Below, one piece after another: positions 28,747-37,385 of a stretch of 64,000 nt of DNA (its first letter is position 1; each line of letters begins with the position of its first letter). Under the pieces are notes generated by a model. That model had not been told where the DNA came from. It did no database searches and saw only the letters and a program-made list of their open reading frames with translations. Position numbers and translations under genes: made by a program. Origin of the DNA: Patescibacteria group bacterium (GTDB lineage: Bacteria > Patescibacteriota > Microgenomatia > UBA10105 > UBA927); the NCBI GenBank assembly GCA_049322955.1, contig JBMOPU010000012.1:83581-147580 (forward strand), given 5' to 3'.

Positions 28747-30870
28747 ATGGTGGCTCCTGAGGCACTACATATACCGGAGAAAAGCATACACGAAGCGTTA
28801 ATAAACGACGCGAGACGCCCCAAGTTGGTCGAGACACTCCCCGATTGGATGCAACGAGATACCCACGTACGATTCGGTGACCATGACATTGAACTGGAAA
28901 CAAACAGACTCCCGCGCATCGAAGGCGTCATGGGGGTTGTTAACCTCCTGCGGAAAGGCCAAGCGGAACTGAACCGGCCCTCAGGAGCCGTTACGCACGA
29001 GACGGCACAAGACAAGGAAGCTGGTGTGTTGCTTATCAAAAGCATTCTTGAAATAGCCGGGCTTGCGGCGGGTAGTGCCGCTATGAAAAAGGGTCGGGGC
29101 AAAAACGCCCTGCTTTTTTTGGGAGGGCTTGGGCTATTTGCCGGAGGCGGCATCGGGCTCACGATGGATTTATCGGGCTGTGCCTCTGCGATAGCGACCG
29201 AAGTGCCCCCGGGCACGCCGACCGCGCTTCCTGCGACGGAAATGCCCCCACAAGTTACCGTAACGCCGCTCAGCAACGAGGTTGTGGTGGGAACGCCTTC
29301 TTCCGCACCCGAGACCCCCGCTCCCATCCAAGGGGCATCATATCCTACCGAGGTATCGGTTCTTGAATCGCCGCTTGTGTATAGTTACGGAGGCGAGGCG
29401 GGACGCCAAAACATGAACGAATATACCCGGCAATTATTTGACCGTTATGTTGCGGAAATGAGTCGCTCCGGGTTCCTTACGGGTACCACCGTTGACCAGC
29501 TCTATCGATCCTTTGACCAGGGATACGATTTTAAACTTTTCACTACGGATCAGGGGCTTACCTGGTTAGTGCAAAGCAAATCTGATGGGAGCTTCTTGGT
29601 GCCAAAAGATCTGGACGGACAAATTTTTCGTGATTTACAACTTCCGTATAATTACCTGTTTGACTCAGGAGTAGCCGTTGAGGTTGGGCTTGATAACTTT
29701 AATTTCCAACGGTTTCAGGCAAACAAAGTAGGGTTTGTCGGCGCATGGCCGGTGCTTGTCACGGTTGACGGACAAGGTGTTCCGGTGAGTTGGGTGAACA
29801 TGGAACAGGGTGGTGCCGCAACCCCGATTACGGTAGCCTCTACAGTAGAGGCACCTACCCATGCATCGACCGATGTCCCCGACTCCCGTGTCGCCCTTAC
29901 GGTGGGAGCCGAGACGTTTCGAGTAACCACCGACGTTCGGTATTCGGAGTCGATCACCGATGTCAACATCGATCCTGCAAAGGCACAAAAAATCGGTGAA
30001 GTATTGGTCTATACCGATGCCGCAGGACGACTACTCTGGAATGAGCACCTGCAGGCATGGGTGCCGGAGTTTGGAACCAGTATGGACTATAAAACTCCCG
30101 AAACCGCACCAGTAGTACCGTTTGATGCGTATTATGACGGATCGAAGCCTGATGCCAGTACGTATATACCAAGTTCAGCCGCTTTGAGTGATATGTTGTA
30201 TATAGCCGAACACCCAGACCTGATTTCTCCTGATGCGTCATATCCCTACTATAGAGTGGCACTCTTCGGCAATGATAAAGCGAGGATAGGCTACGAAATT
30301 GTTCTTACTGGACCAAATCAATATCTTATTAGTAACGAAAACAAGACGGAGGTAACAAACAAAAAGCCGTTACCGTTTAATTATTTTGGTGTTCAGCAAA
30401 CAAAAGATAAAGACGGCAACATAATTTACGTTATAAAAAAGGCTAACTGGAATCCGATGCCGACAAATGAGCGAAATATCCTTGTGACTAATATGGGATT
30501 TGATAAGTCTGCATATGATGAATGGTTTAAATATCCATTAATTATGAGATACATTGAAGCCGATTCCTCAGTGACTGGTGGTGAGCTTGTGCCTCTTTTT
30601 CTTTCACCTGACGGACAGTTTCAGGAAACGAATCCGAATCTTTTTTATCTTGAAACTCAGCCGGCGAATCCTCATGTGGCCGCACTTGTGAGTAAAGATC
30701 TGACTGATATTTTTAGTCAGGAGGTCCAGACCAGTATTGATCTCCTGTATCCGCAGATAAATAAGCCTTTTGACGAAAAAACGAACCCAGGAAGCTATCT
30801 CATAGGAGTCTTACCGTCTGGGTTAACAAATATGATTCACTATACAGGAGTCCAGACGTTTTATCCCTAA
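28747..30870 (+). CDS. Large cell-surface protein, no recognisable family. The internal ATG at 29083 gives a perfect lipoprotein signal peptide (MKKGRGKNALLFLGGLGLFAGGGIGLTMDLSGC). The C-terminal ~190 aa are compositionally distinct.
   Basis: One long ORF of 707 aa. Hydrophobic stretch plus lipobox L-S-G-C at residues 113-145. Pro/Thr-rich linker. The 3' 570 nt are conspicuously AT-rich compared with the rest of the gene. Confidence 0.6.
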   Translation: MVAPEALHIPEKSIHEALINDARRPKLVETLPDWMQRDTHVRFGDHDIELETNRLPRIEGVMGVVNLLRKGQAELNRPSGAVTHETAQDKEAGVLLIKSILEIAGLAAGSAAMKKGRGKNALLFLGGLGLFAGGGIGLTMDLSGCASAIATEVPPGTPTALPATEMPPQVTVTPLSNEVVVGTPSSAPETPAPIQGASYPTEVSVLESPLVYSYGGEAGRQNMNEYTRQLFDRYVAEMSRSGFLTGTTVDQLYRSFDQGYDFKLFTTDQGLTWLVQSKSDGSFLVPKDLDGQIFRDLQLPYNYLFDSGVAVEVGLDNFNFQRFQANKVGFVGAWPVLVTVDGQGVPVSWVNMEQGGAATPITVASTVEAPTHASTDVPDSRVALTVGAETFRVTTDVRYSESITDVNIDPAKAQKIGEVLVYTDAAGRLLWNEHLQAWVPEFGTSMDYKTPETAPVVPFDAYYDGSKPDASTYIPSSAALSDMLYIAEHPDLISPDASYPYYRVALFGNDKARIGYEIVLTGPNQYLISNENKTEVTNKKPLPFNYFGVQQTKDKDGNIIYVIKKANWNPMPTNERNILVTNMGFDKSAYDEWFKYPLIMRYIEADSSVTGGELVPLFLSPDGQFQETNPNLFYLETQPANPHVAALVSKDLTDIFSQEVQTSIDLLYPQINKPFDEKTNPGSYLIGVLPSGLTNMIHYTGVQTFYP

Positions 30871-30941
30871 AAGCATAAAGAGAGCCTCCCCTGCCCTTAG
30901 TCTAATTGCATCTTCGTTCGGCTTTTGTTACAGTTTTCTTA

Positions 30942-32552
30942 ATGAGGAAGTTATTGTTTTTTATCGTATTGCTTTTCCTCTTTGTGCCGTTCGCTTCTGT
31001 ATCCGCGCAATATGTCACCCCTACGCAGGGTATCACCCCCACCGCTTGTCAACCGAGAACTTGTGATCAGCCTCCACCCAGTAATTGTAGTACTCTTCCA
31101 AATACAACATGGGGATCATTCCCTGTCTGTAATCATGGTGCTGACGGGTGTGGAGCGGTGTGGAGTTGTACGCAGACAACGGGTTGTACGGACGATGCCT
31201 CTTGGTCAGATTGGTCAGGATGTGCACCGGGAATAGAAGGAGAAACGAGGTACTGTATTAACTCAGCCTGTTGTGGTAATGCCGCCGAAGCACGTCTTTG
31301 TGATCCCAGTCCGACGGGACCCGGAGGACCGGGAGGAAACCCAACTGATCCGCCCGGGGTACCAACGGCCACACCCAACACTCCGCAGATCGGTGATATT
31401 CAGGCTCGAGCCGTTCAAGTAGATCCCGCCGATACGTCGTGTGCCGCCATCCGGGCAATTCCCACGACCGACGGCGAAGTGAACGGCGCGGTGCATCAGT
31501 TCACTCCCTCATCCGCTAGCCAACCGGCCGCCCAAACACAAACAGGTGCAAATTACGTAACCTTTGCCAATGTTGCGGCAGGGACCTACACGATAGATCC
31601 CAGTCCCCCAAGCGCGGATTGGGCATACGTACGGGCTTGCTCCAGAAACCTTGACAATGGTACCAATGCCGAAGGACTTTCACGCAACCTGCCCAATGCC
31701 GCGGTGCTCCGATGGGATATCGGATACACTTTAGGAACCGCGTGGGTGCAAGCTCAGGGAGGTGACGTCTATAGTTCGGGAACCATCCGTTCCTATCTTC
31801 CGTCGGTGACGCCAAGAGTATTTATCACCGACGGGACGGGCGGCTATCCCGGCATCATGACGTACGGCACAAGCTTTGATTTTGACAGCGATCCGTATGA
31901 AACGGGAGCGACTATCGTATCTGCCGACAACTGGCAGGTCAACGCAAGCCGTGCGAGCGTCAATTACTATGACTATTTTTACCGACGGTTCGGTGCCCCG
32001 ACGACTCCGACAACCGCCGCTCCGTTTGATAACCTCACCGCGGTTACGCAACCCGCGTCAAACTGTACGGCATCGACCTGTACTCCCTACTATGTCGTCG
32101 GAGATATGACGACCAGCGGCGCCTGGTCGGTGGGTGCCGATGAGCGGATAGTAATTCTTGTGAACGGTAATTTAACTATCGGCGGACGAATCAATATTAC
32201 GGGTAACGGCTTTATCGCATTCATCGTCAACGGGACAATCACGGTTTCGGATACCGTGGGTACGACGGCCGCTTCCACAACCCCCGTTGTCGAGGGCATT
32301 TATATCGCGACAACCGAAACTCAAACCGGGAGCATCAATACGGGCGAAAGTTTAGCGGCGGGAACTGCCCGATTTGTCGGAAAGGGCATGTTCGTCTCAA
32401 ACGGCTTCCTTCTTCAACGGGATCTACAGGGTTTTGGCTCGGGAAATACCGCAAATGCCGCGGAGTTATTCGTATATAATCCTCAGCTCTTGCTTACGAT
32501 GCCCGACAGTATGAAGGAGTTATCCGTCACCTGGCAGGAGGTATCACCGTAA
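30942..32552 (+). CDS. Secreted protein with a Sec signal peptide, an N-terminal Cys-rich module, a Pro/Gly linker, and a beta-helix-like C-terminal domain; no recognisable family.
   Basis: MRKLLFFIVLLFLFVPFASVSA then QYV. There are 14 Cys in about 90 aa. Linker PSPTGPGGPGGNPTDPPGVPTATPNTPQ. Repetitive VILVNGNLTIGGRINITGNGFIAFIVNGTITVSD. Confidence 0.6.
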   Translation: MRKLLFFIVLLFLFVPFASVSAQYVTPTQGITPTACQPRTCDQPPPSNCSTLPNTTWGSFPVCNHGADGCGAVWSCTQTTGCTDDASWSDWSGCAPGIEGETRYCINSACCGNAAEARLCDPSPTGPGGPGGNPTDPPGVPTATPNTPQIGDIQARAVQVDPADTSCAAIRAIPTTDGEVNGAVHQFTPSSASQPAAQTQTGANYVTFANVAAGTYTIDPSPPSADWAYVRACSRNLDNGTNAEGLSRNLPNAAVLRWDIGYTLGTAWVQAQGGDVYSSGTIRSYLPSVTPRVFITDGTGGYPGIMTYGTSFDFDSDPYETGATIVSADNWQVNASRASVNYYDYFYRRFGAPTTPTTAAPFDNLTAVTQPASNCTASTCTPYYVVGDMTTSGAWSVGADERIVILVNGNLTIGGRINITGNGFIAFIVNGTITVSDTVGTTAASTTPVVEGIYIATTETQTGSINTGESLAAGTARFVGKGMFVSNGFLLQRDLQGFGSGNTANAAELFVYNPQLLLTMPDSMKELSVTWQEVSP

Positions 32553-32571
32553 TTTTGATACAATAAGGGGC

Positions 32572-33969
32572 ATGACCTTCGAACAGCTTCGGTTGAAGCA
32601 CCCACGACTCATTTATAAGCGATACAACGTAACCAAATCCGATGCGGCGATTACGATAGAACATGAATTTCTGCTTGAGCCTGATATACCGTTTCGCGCA
32701 TCCACTACCATTCCCCATACGGGTGAGTTTCACGAGGAGGCGTTTGCCCCCTATGCGTTCCATTTAGGGCTGATTGAAGCGGTAAGCTATTGGAAAACGG
32801 CATGCCCCCGTGAATTTGTAGTAGAAGCGGGATATCTTGACGCTACGCAACTGCGGTTTTGGTACGATCTTTTCATCCATGGGTTGGGCGAGTTTTTCTA
32901 TCGAAATGCCATAGACTTCACCGCTCCCGAATTTCTTACCATTCGTACTACGGGTGAAGCGTTGCCTCCGAGCATTCCGTTTTCCCCCGCAGATATCGCC
33001 TCAACGGATCTGGTACTCGTCGGCGGCGGCAAGGATACTGCAGTGACGTTGGGAATGTTAAAAAATAGCGATAGAACAATCCAAACCATGATTGTTAATC
33101 CGACTGACGCGGCACGAAAATCCGTTGCTATCGCCCACTTCTCCTCCCCTCTTATCGTGAGGCGGGTAATGGATCCGCAACTTATGATCTTAAATAAGTC
33201 GGGGTATTTAAACGGGCATACCCCATTTTCCGCCTATCTTGCATTTCTTGGTATAGCGGTTGCATTTCTCCATAGAAATACTTCGGTGATTGTCTCCAAC
33301 GAAAGAAGTGCAAACGAAGGAAACGTTGTCTATAAGGGAATGGAAATAAATCATCAATACTCCAAAAGTTTCCGCTTTGAAACGCTGTTTCGCCGGTATA
33401 TTGCGGATGTATTTCCCGCGGCGGCTAACTACTTTAGCATGCTTCGTCCGTTAAACGATATTCAGATCGGGTTACTCTTTGCAAGGCTTCCGGAGTTTTT
33501 TCCCACTATCAGGAGTTGCAACGCCGGAAGTAAAAAAGGTATTTGGTGCGGGAAGTGCTCCAAATGTGCCTTCACCTACCTTGTCCTTTCTCCGTTTATC
33601 GCCGAAGCGGATCTTCTTCGCATATTCGGGAGTGATTATTTTCATGATCCCGATATCATCCAATATGTCCGTGAGCTCGTCGGGTTAACCCCGGTGAAAC
33701 CCTTTGAATGTGTGGGCACCCGGGATGAGGCAAAACTCTCGTTGCTTCTTGCGATTTCCCGGTATAAAAAAGAATCACGGGAAATACCCGAGGGCTTGCT
33801 TACGATAAAAAGTGATCTCGGTCTTACCGAAGAAGATACCTTGTTTCTCAAGGAACGGGTATTTGATGCGTGGGGTGATACCTTTAATCTCCCGCCGGAG
33901 CATATGAGTCTGCTTCGACTTACTTGGGAGAGAGCGCGAGAAAACTACGAGAAAACCGCACAACCATGA
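32572..33969 (+). CDS. Hypothetical protein with a PP-loop-like motif and a Cys cluster. Candidate MurL-like UDP-MurNAc-L-Ala-L-Glu epimerase, based on synteny with murD.
   Basis: 465 aa with LVLVGGGKDTAV (an AANH/PP-loop-like variant) and CNAGSKKGIWCGKCSKC. Its stop overlaps the murD start as ATGA. Confidence 0.35.
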   Translation: MTFEQLRLKHPRLIYKRYNVTKSDAAITIEHEFLLEPDIPFRASTTIPHTGEFHEEAFAPYAFHLGLIEAVSYWKTACPREFVVEAGYLDATQLRFWYDLFIHGLGEFFYRNAIDFTAPEFLTIRTTGEALPPSIPFSPADIASTDLVLVGGGKDTAVTLGMLKNSDRTIQTMIVNPTDAARKSVAIAHFSSPLIVRRVMDPQLMILNKSGYLNGHTPFSAYLAFLGIAVAFLHRNTSVIVSNERSANEGNVVYKGMEINHQYSKSFRFETLFRRYIADVFPAAANYFSMLRPLNDIQIGLLFARLPEFFPTIRSCNAGSKKGIWCGKCSKCAFTYLVLSPFIAEADLLRIFGSDYFHDPDIIQYVRELVGLTPVKPFECVGTRDEAKLSLLLAISRYKKESREIPEGLLTIKSDLGLTEEDTLFLKERVFDAWGDTFNLPPEHMSLLRLTWERARENYEKTAQP

Positions 33970-35333
33970 ACGAAATACACGGCACATCAGCACTCATTGT
34001 CGGATTCGGCCGGGAAGGTAAAAGCGTGTTGGCATGGCTCAATACGCACTATCCGAACCTTCGTATCGGAGTTGCCGATCGGACATTTGCACCCGACCAT
34101 ATGTCAGGAAGCACAAAGGATGGGGTGACGGTGTATAACGGAGAAGGATACCTTTCGCATTTGGCTGAGTATGACACGGTTATTCGAAGCCCGGGCGTAT
34201 CCCCGTATCTTCCCGAGTTTATTGCATATAAGAAGGGACCCGGTCATCTGACGAGCGCAACTAATATTTTCTTTTCGAAAGTCAAAGGGATTACGGTGGG
34301 AATAACCGGTACCAAGGGGAAAAGTACCACGTCAAGTCTTATCGCACACCTTTTGAAATTTCACTATACCGATGTCCGCCTCGTCGGGAATATCGGTATC
34401 CCCATGTTGGATTCCCTCGATACCGCTACATCAAAAACGGTGTTTGTCATGGAGCTTTCGAGTCATCAGCTCTATGATTGCCGGTATAGCCCGCAGGTGG
34501 CGGTGATGTTGGGAATCGTATCAGAACATCTGGATTACTATCCGGATCTCATAAGCTATGCGCATGCGAAAGCAAATATCATAGCGCATCAGACAAGCGA
34601 TGGGTTGTTAATTTATAATCCGGCTCATACCATCCTTCGTACGCTTGCCGCCTCCCATCGGGGAAAGAAAATTACGTATGGTTTGGAGAAGGCCGACGAA
34701 CACCACGTCACGATAAAAGATGGGATAATCACCGTGAATCAAAAAGGACGATTGGTATCGGTGATACCGATGACACAAGTTCCCCTTCTCGGAAATCAGG
34801 AGAATATTCTCGCCGCCGTCTCCGCGGCTTCGGTACTGGGTGTATCACCCGAAGTGATTGCGCAGGCAATTACCCCGTTTCAATCACTTCCCCACCGTCT
34901 CGAATACGTCGGGGAATTTTTGGGCATTCGATTCTATAACGACTCGCTCGCAACGATTCCCCAAGCGACGATTCATGCGCTTTCCGCACTCGGTCCCGAT
35001 GCAAGCACCCTTATTGCCGGAGGCTACGATCGACATCTGGATTTTGCCGAACTCGGAGCATATCTGCGGAGTCATCCGATAAAAACGCTTATTCTTTTTC
35101 CCGACACCGGCGAAAAAATATGGGAGGCAATCGGCCAAGTACAGGCCGGGGCAATTACCAGATTTACCGTGAACACGATGAAAGAAGCGGTACAACTGGC
35201 ATATGACAACACTCCGCAAGGAGCAATTTGTCTGCTCTCACCGGGAAGTGCAAGCTATAATCTATTTCGTGATTATGCCGATCGGGGAGATCAGTTTAAG
35301 CACTGGGTAAGGGCTTTTGGTGGTGCGCAGTGA
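33966..35333 (+). CDS. murD: UDP-N-acetylmuramoyl-L-alanine--D/L-glutamate ligase (MurD family).
   Basis: Has LIVGFGREGKSV...GITGTKGKSTTSSLIAHLL (Mur ligase P-loop) and the C-terminal Mur ligase domain. Confidence 0.85.
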   Translation: MNEIHGTSALIVGFGREGKSVLAWLNTHYPNLRIGVADRTFAPDHMSGSTKDGVTVYNGEGYLSHLAEYDTVIRSPGVSPYLPEFIAYKKGPGHLTSATNIFFSKVKGITVGITGTKGKSTTSSLIAHLLKFHYTDVRLVGNIGIPMLDSLDTATSKTVFVMELSSHQLYDCRYSPQVAVMLGIVSEHLDYYPDLISYAHAKANIIAHQTSDGLLIYNPAHTILRTLAASHRGKKITYGLEKADEHHVTIKDGIITVNQKGRLVSVIPMTQVPLLGNQENILAAVSAASVLGVSPEVIAQAITPFQSLPHRLEYVGEFLGIRFYNDSLATIPQATIHALSALGPDASTLIAGGYDRHLDFAELGAYLRSHPIKTLILFPDTGEKIWEAIGQVQAGAITRFTVNTMKEAVQLAYDNTPQGAICLLSPGSASYNLFRDYADRGDQFKHWVRAFGGAQ

Positions 35334-35386
35334 CCCTCCTTTTATCGTGACTTGTAGAAAACTCGGTAATTCGGTATACTATTGCT

Positions 35387-35524
35387 ATGCCAAAGCGAAC
35401 CTACCAACCAAAGAAACTCAAGCGCAAACGAGTCCACGGATTCCGTGAACGGATGAAAACCGTGAAGGGCAGACTGGTATTGAAGCGTCGCCGATCTATC
35501 GGGCGAAAAAAGCTTACTGTCTAA
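35387..35524 (+). CDS. rpmH: 50S ribosomal protein L34.
   Basis: [45 protein letters not shown] (45 aa), not in the ORF track because it is under 60 aa. It sits upstream of rnpA in the canonical arrangement. Confidence 0.95.
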   Translation: MPKRTYQPKKLKRKRVHGFRERMKTVKGRLVLKRRRSIGRKKLTV

Positions 35525-35531
35525 TTATTTC

Positions 35532-35864
35532 ATGCTTCCACAATCTCTGCGTGTCCCCTCTCGGCTCATTTTGCCATTGCTCCGTCGCGGCAAAAAGATC
35601 AGAGAAGGTTCGCTTGAACTGGTCTTTGAACGAACATCGGCAAAAAGCGCATTTGCCTGTATCGTCCCCGTGAAAGTTGATAAGCGTGCAACCAAGCGAA
35701 ACCGCATGAAGCGTCTTGTTCGGGAAGCGGTAGCCTTGCTGTTACCGGAAATAACCGTTGACTTCATCGGAATTATTGTCGTCCGGGGGAAGATCCCCGA
35801 CATGCAACAAGAGGTTGTTTCCCTTGTTCGCAACGCCCTGATAAAGGCGGGGTTGCATCAATAA
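35532..35864 (+). CDS. rnpA: RNase P protein component.
   Basis: 110 aa basic protein, ...[15 protein letters not shown]..., located between rpmH and yidD. Confidence 0.85.
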   Translation: MLPQSLRVPSRLILPLLRRGKKIREGSLELVFERTSAKSAFACIVPVKVDKRATKRNRMKRLVREAVALLLPEITVDFIGIIVVRGKIPDMQQEVVSLVRNALIKAGLHQ

Positions 35865-35865
35865 T

Positions 35866-36111
35866 ATGAAAACCACACTCCTCGCCGCCATACGCTGGTA
35901 TCAAAAATATCTTTCTCCCGATACCGGAGTATTCCGTTCGCTCTGGCTTGTTGGAGCGGGGTGTCGGTATCAACCGACATGTAGTGAGTATATGTATCAA
36001 GCGGTGAATCGCTATGGTATAATCTACGGATTGTGGTTAGGGGTGCGAAGGATCATGCGCTGTCACCCCTTAGCCCGCGGAGGATTCGATCCTGTTCCTT
36101 CGTCCCGATAA
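35866..36111 (+). CDS. yidD: Membrane protein insertion efficiency factor YidD.
   Basis: Has [11 protein letters not shown]...[19 protein letters not shown]...[17 protein letters not shown]. Confidence 0.9.
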   Translation: MKTTLLAAIRWYQKYLSPDTGVFRSLWLVGAGCRYQPTCSEYMYQAVNRYGIIYGLWLGVRRIMRCHPLARGGFDPVPSSR

Positions 36112-36115
36112 TATT

Positions 36116-36919
36116 ATGACAAATCCTACCCTGTGGAATCAGTTGCTCGTTTGGCCCATCATCAACCTTCTCATGGTGTTTTACAAGTTTTTTGAATGGC
36201 TCAATATTCCAGGACCGTTGGGATTTGCGGTGATTGCTCTGACCGTTGCCATCCGATTTATTCTGTATCCCCTCATGGGAGCACAGATGAAATCCGCAAA
36301 AAAGATGCAGGCACTTAAGCCTCATTTGGATGCGTTAAGCGCAAAGCACAAGGACGATAAAAAAGCACTGCAACAGGCGCAAATGGATTTATATAAAGCG
36401 CATAACATAAATCCCGCCGCAGGATGCCTGCCGCTTCTCGTGCAAATGCCCGTACTGATCGCGCTCTACAACGTGTTTTATCAGGTTTTGCAAAACGGAG
36501 ATCTTGCAAAGCTTGTCAATGATCTTAATCAAGTGGCGTACACGTCCTCTCTCAAAATTGGTACATTGGATCTTTCGTTTTTCGGAACAAATCTCGGGAT
36601 TAAACCCAGTCAATGGCAGACGCACGGATATTGGTTGCTTCTTATTCCCGTTATTACCGCGGCGCTTCAATGGTGGCAAAGCAAATTGGTGATGCCTCCC
36701 GCACCGGCGCCGGGATTGGTGAAGCATGCAACCGGGAAAGATGCGGAAGAAAAAAAACCGGAAGATACCGCGCTTGAGATGCAGAGACAAATGGCAATGA
36801 TAACACCGATTATGTTTGGTATGTTCGCCTACCAGTTTCCATTGGGATTGGCGCTCTACTGGAACGTTTTCGGGCTTTTTGGTATTATTCAGCAGCTTCA
36901 AATAAATAAGGAGGCATAA
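36116..36919 (+). CDS. yidC: Membrane protein insertase YidC (short form).
   Basis: 267 aa with conserved YidC/Oxa1 core helices (AGCLPLLVQMPVLIALY...FPLGLALYW). Confidence 0.85.
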   Translation: MTNPTLWNQLLVWPIINLLMVFYKFFEWLNIPGPLGFAVIALTVAIRFILYPLMGAQMKSAKKMQALKPHLDALSAKHKDDKKALQQAQMDLYKAHNINPAAGCLPLLVQMPVLIALYNVFYQVLQNGDLAKLVNDLNQVAYTSSLKIGTLDLSFFGTNLGIKPSQWQTHGYWLLLIPVITAALQWWQSKLVMPPAPAPGLVKHATGKDAEEKKPEDTALEMQRQMAMITPIMFGMFAYQFPLGLALYWNVFGLFGIIQQLQINKEA

Positions 36920-36921
36920 CT

Positions 36922-37377
36922 ATGGAAGACATACAAGTGGTTACCGGGGTAGTCGAAGAGCTTATTCAAAAGCTTGAAATAGTCGGTACGGTTTCCGTAA
37001 CTACCGACGAAACGGACGCGTTTCGTATCAATATTGCCACCGAAGAAACGGGGCTCCTCATCGGACATCACGGGAAAACACTTGAAAGTCTCCAGGTTAT
37101 TTTGGGGGTGATTGTTTCCAAAAAGCTCGGACGATGGGTAAAAGCGTACGTAAATGTTGGTGACTATCGTGAAAAACGCGAAGAGGCATTAATGCATATG
37201 GCACAACGTGCGGCCGATCGTGCCCTCGCATCGGGAAGACCTGTCGAGCTTTCCCGACTTTCCCCGGCAGAACGAAGAATAATTCATTTAACACTTTCCG
37301 GTGATGAACGCATTGAGACGGAATCAATGGGTGAAGGAGATGGTCGCATTCTGCTCGTCAAACCCAAAAGCGTATAA
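36922..37377 (+). CDS. jag: Jag/KhpB-like RNA-binding protein (KH plus R3H).
   Basis: R3H region LSPAERRIIHLTLSGDERIETESMGEGDGRILLVKP. Preceded by an AAGGAGG RBS. Confidence 0.8.
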   Translation: MEDIQVVTGVVEELIQKLEIVGTVSVTTDETDAFRINIATEETGLLIGHHGKTLESLQVILGVIVSKKLGRWVKAYVNVGDYREKREEALMHMAQRAADRALASGRPVELSRLSPAERRIIHLTLSGDERIETESMGEGDGRILLVKPKSV

Positions 37378-37385
37378 TAGCCGTA

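Noticed and set aside
28734-29327. 197-aa minus-strand ORF antisense to the 5' part of the large surface-protein gene
   Set aside because: It lies entirely inside a well-supported plus-strand gene, is low-complexity Ala/Gly/Ser/Pro-rich (typical of antisense translation of a GC-rich linker), and has no start context.
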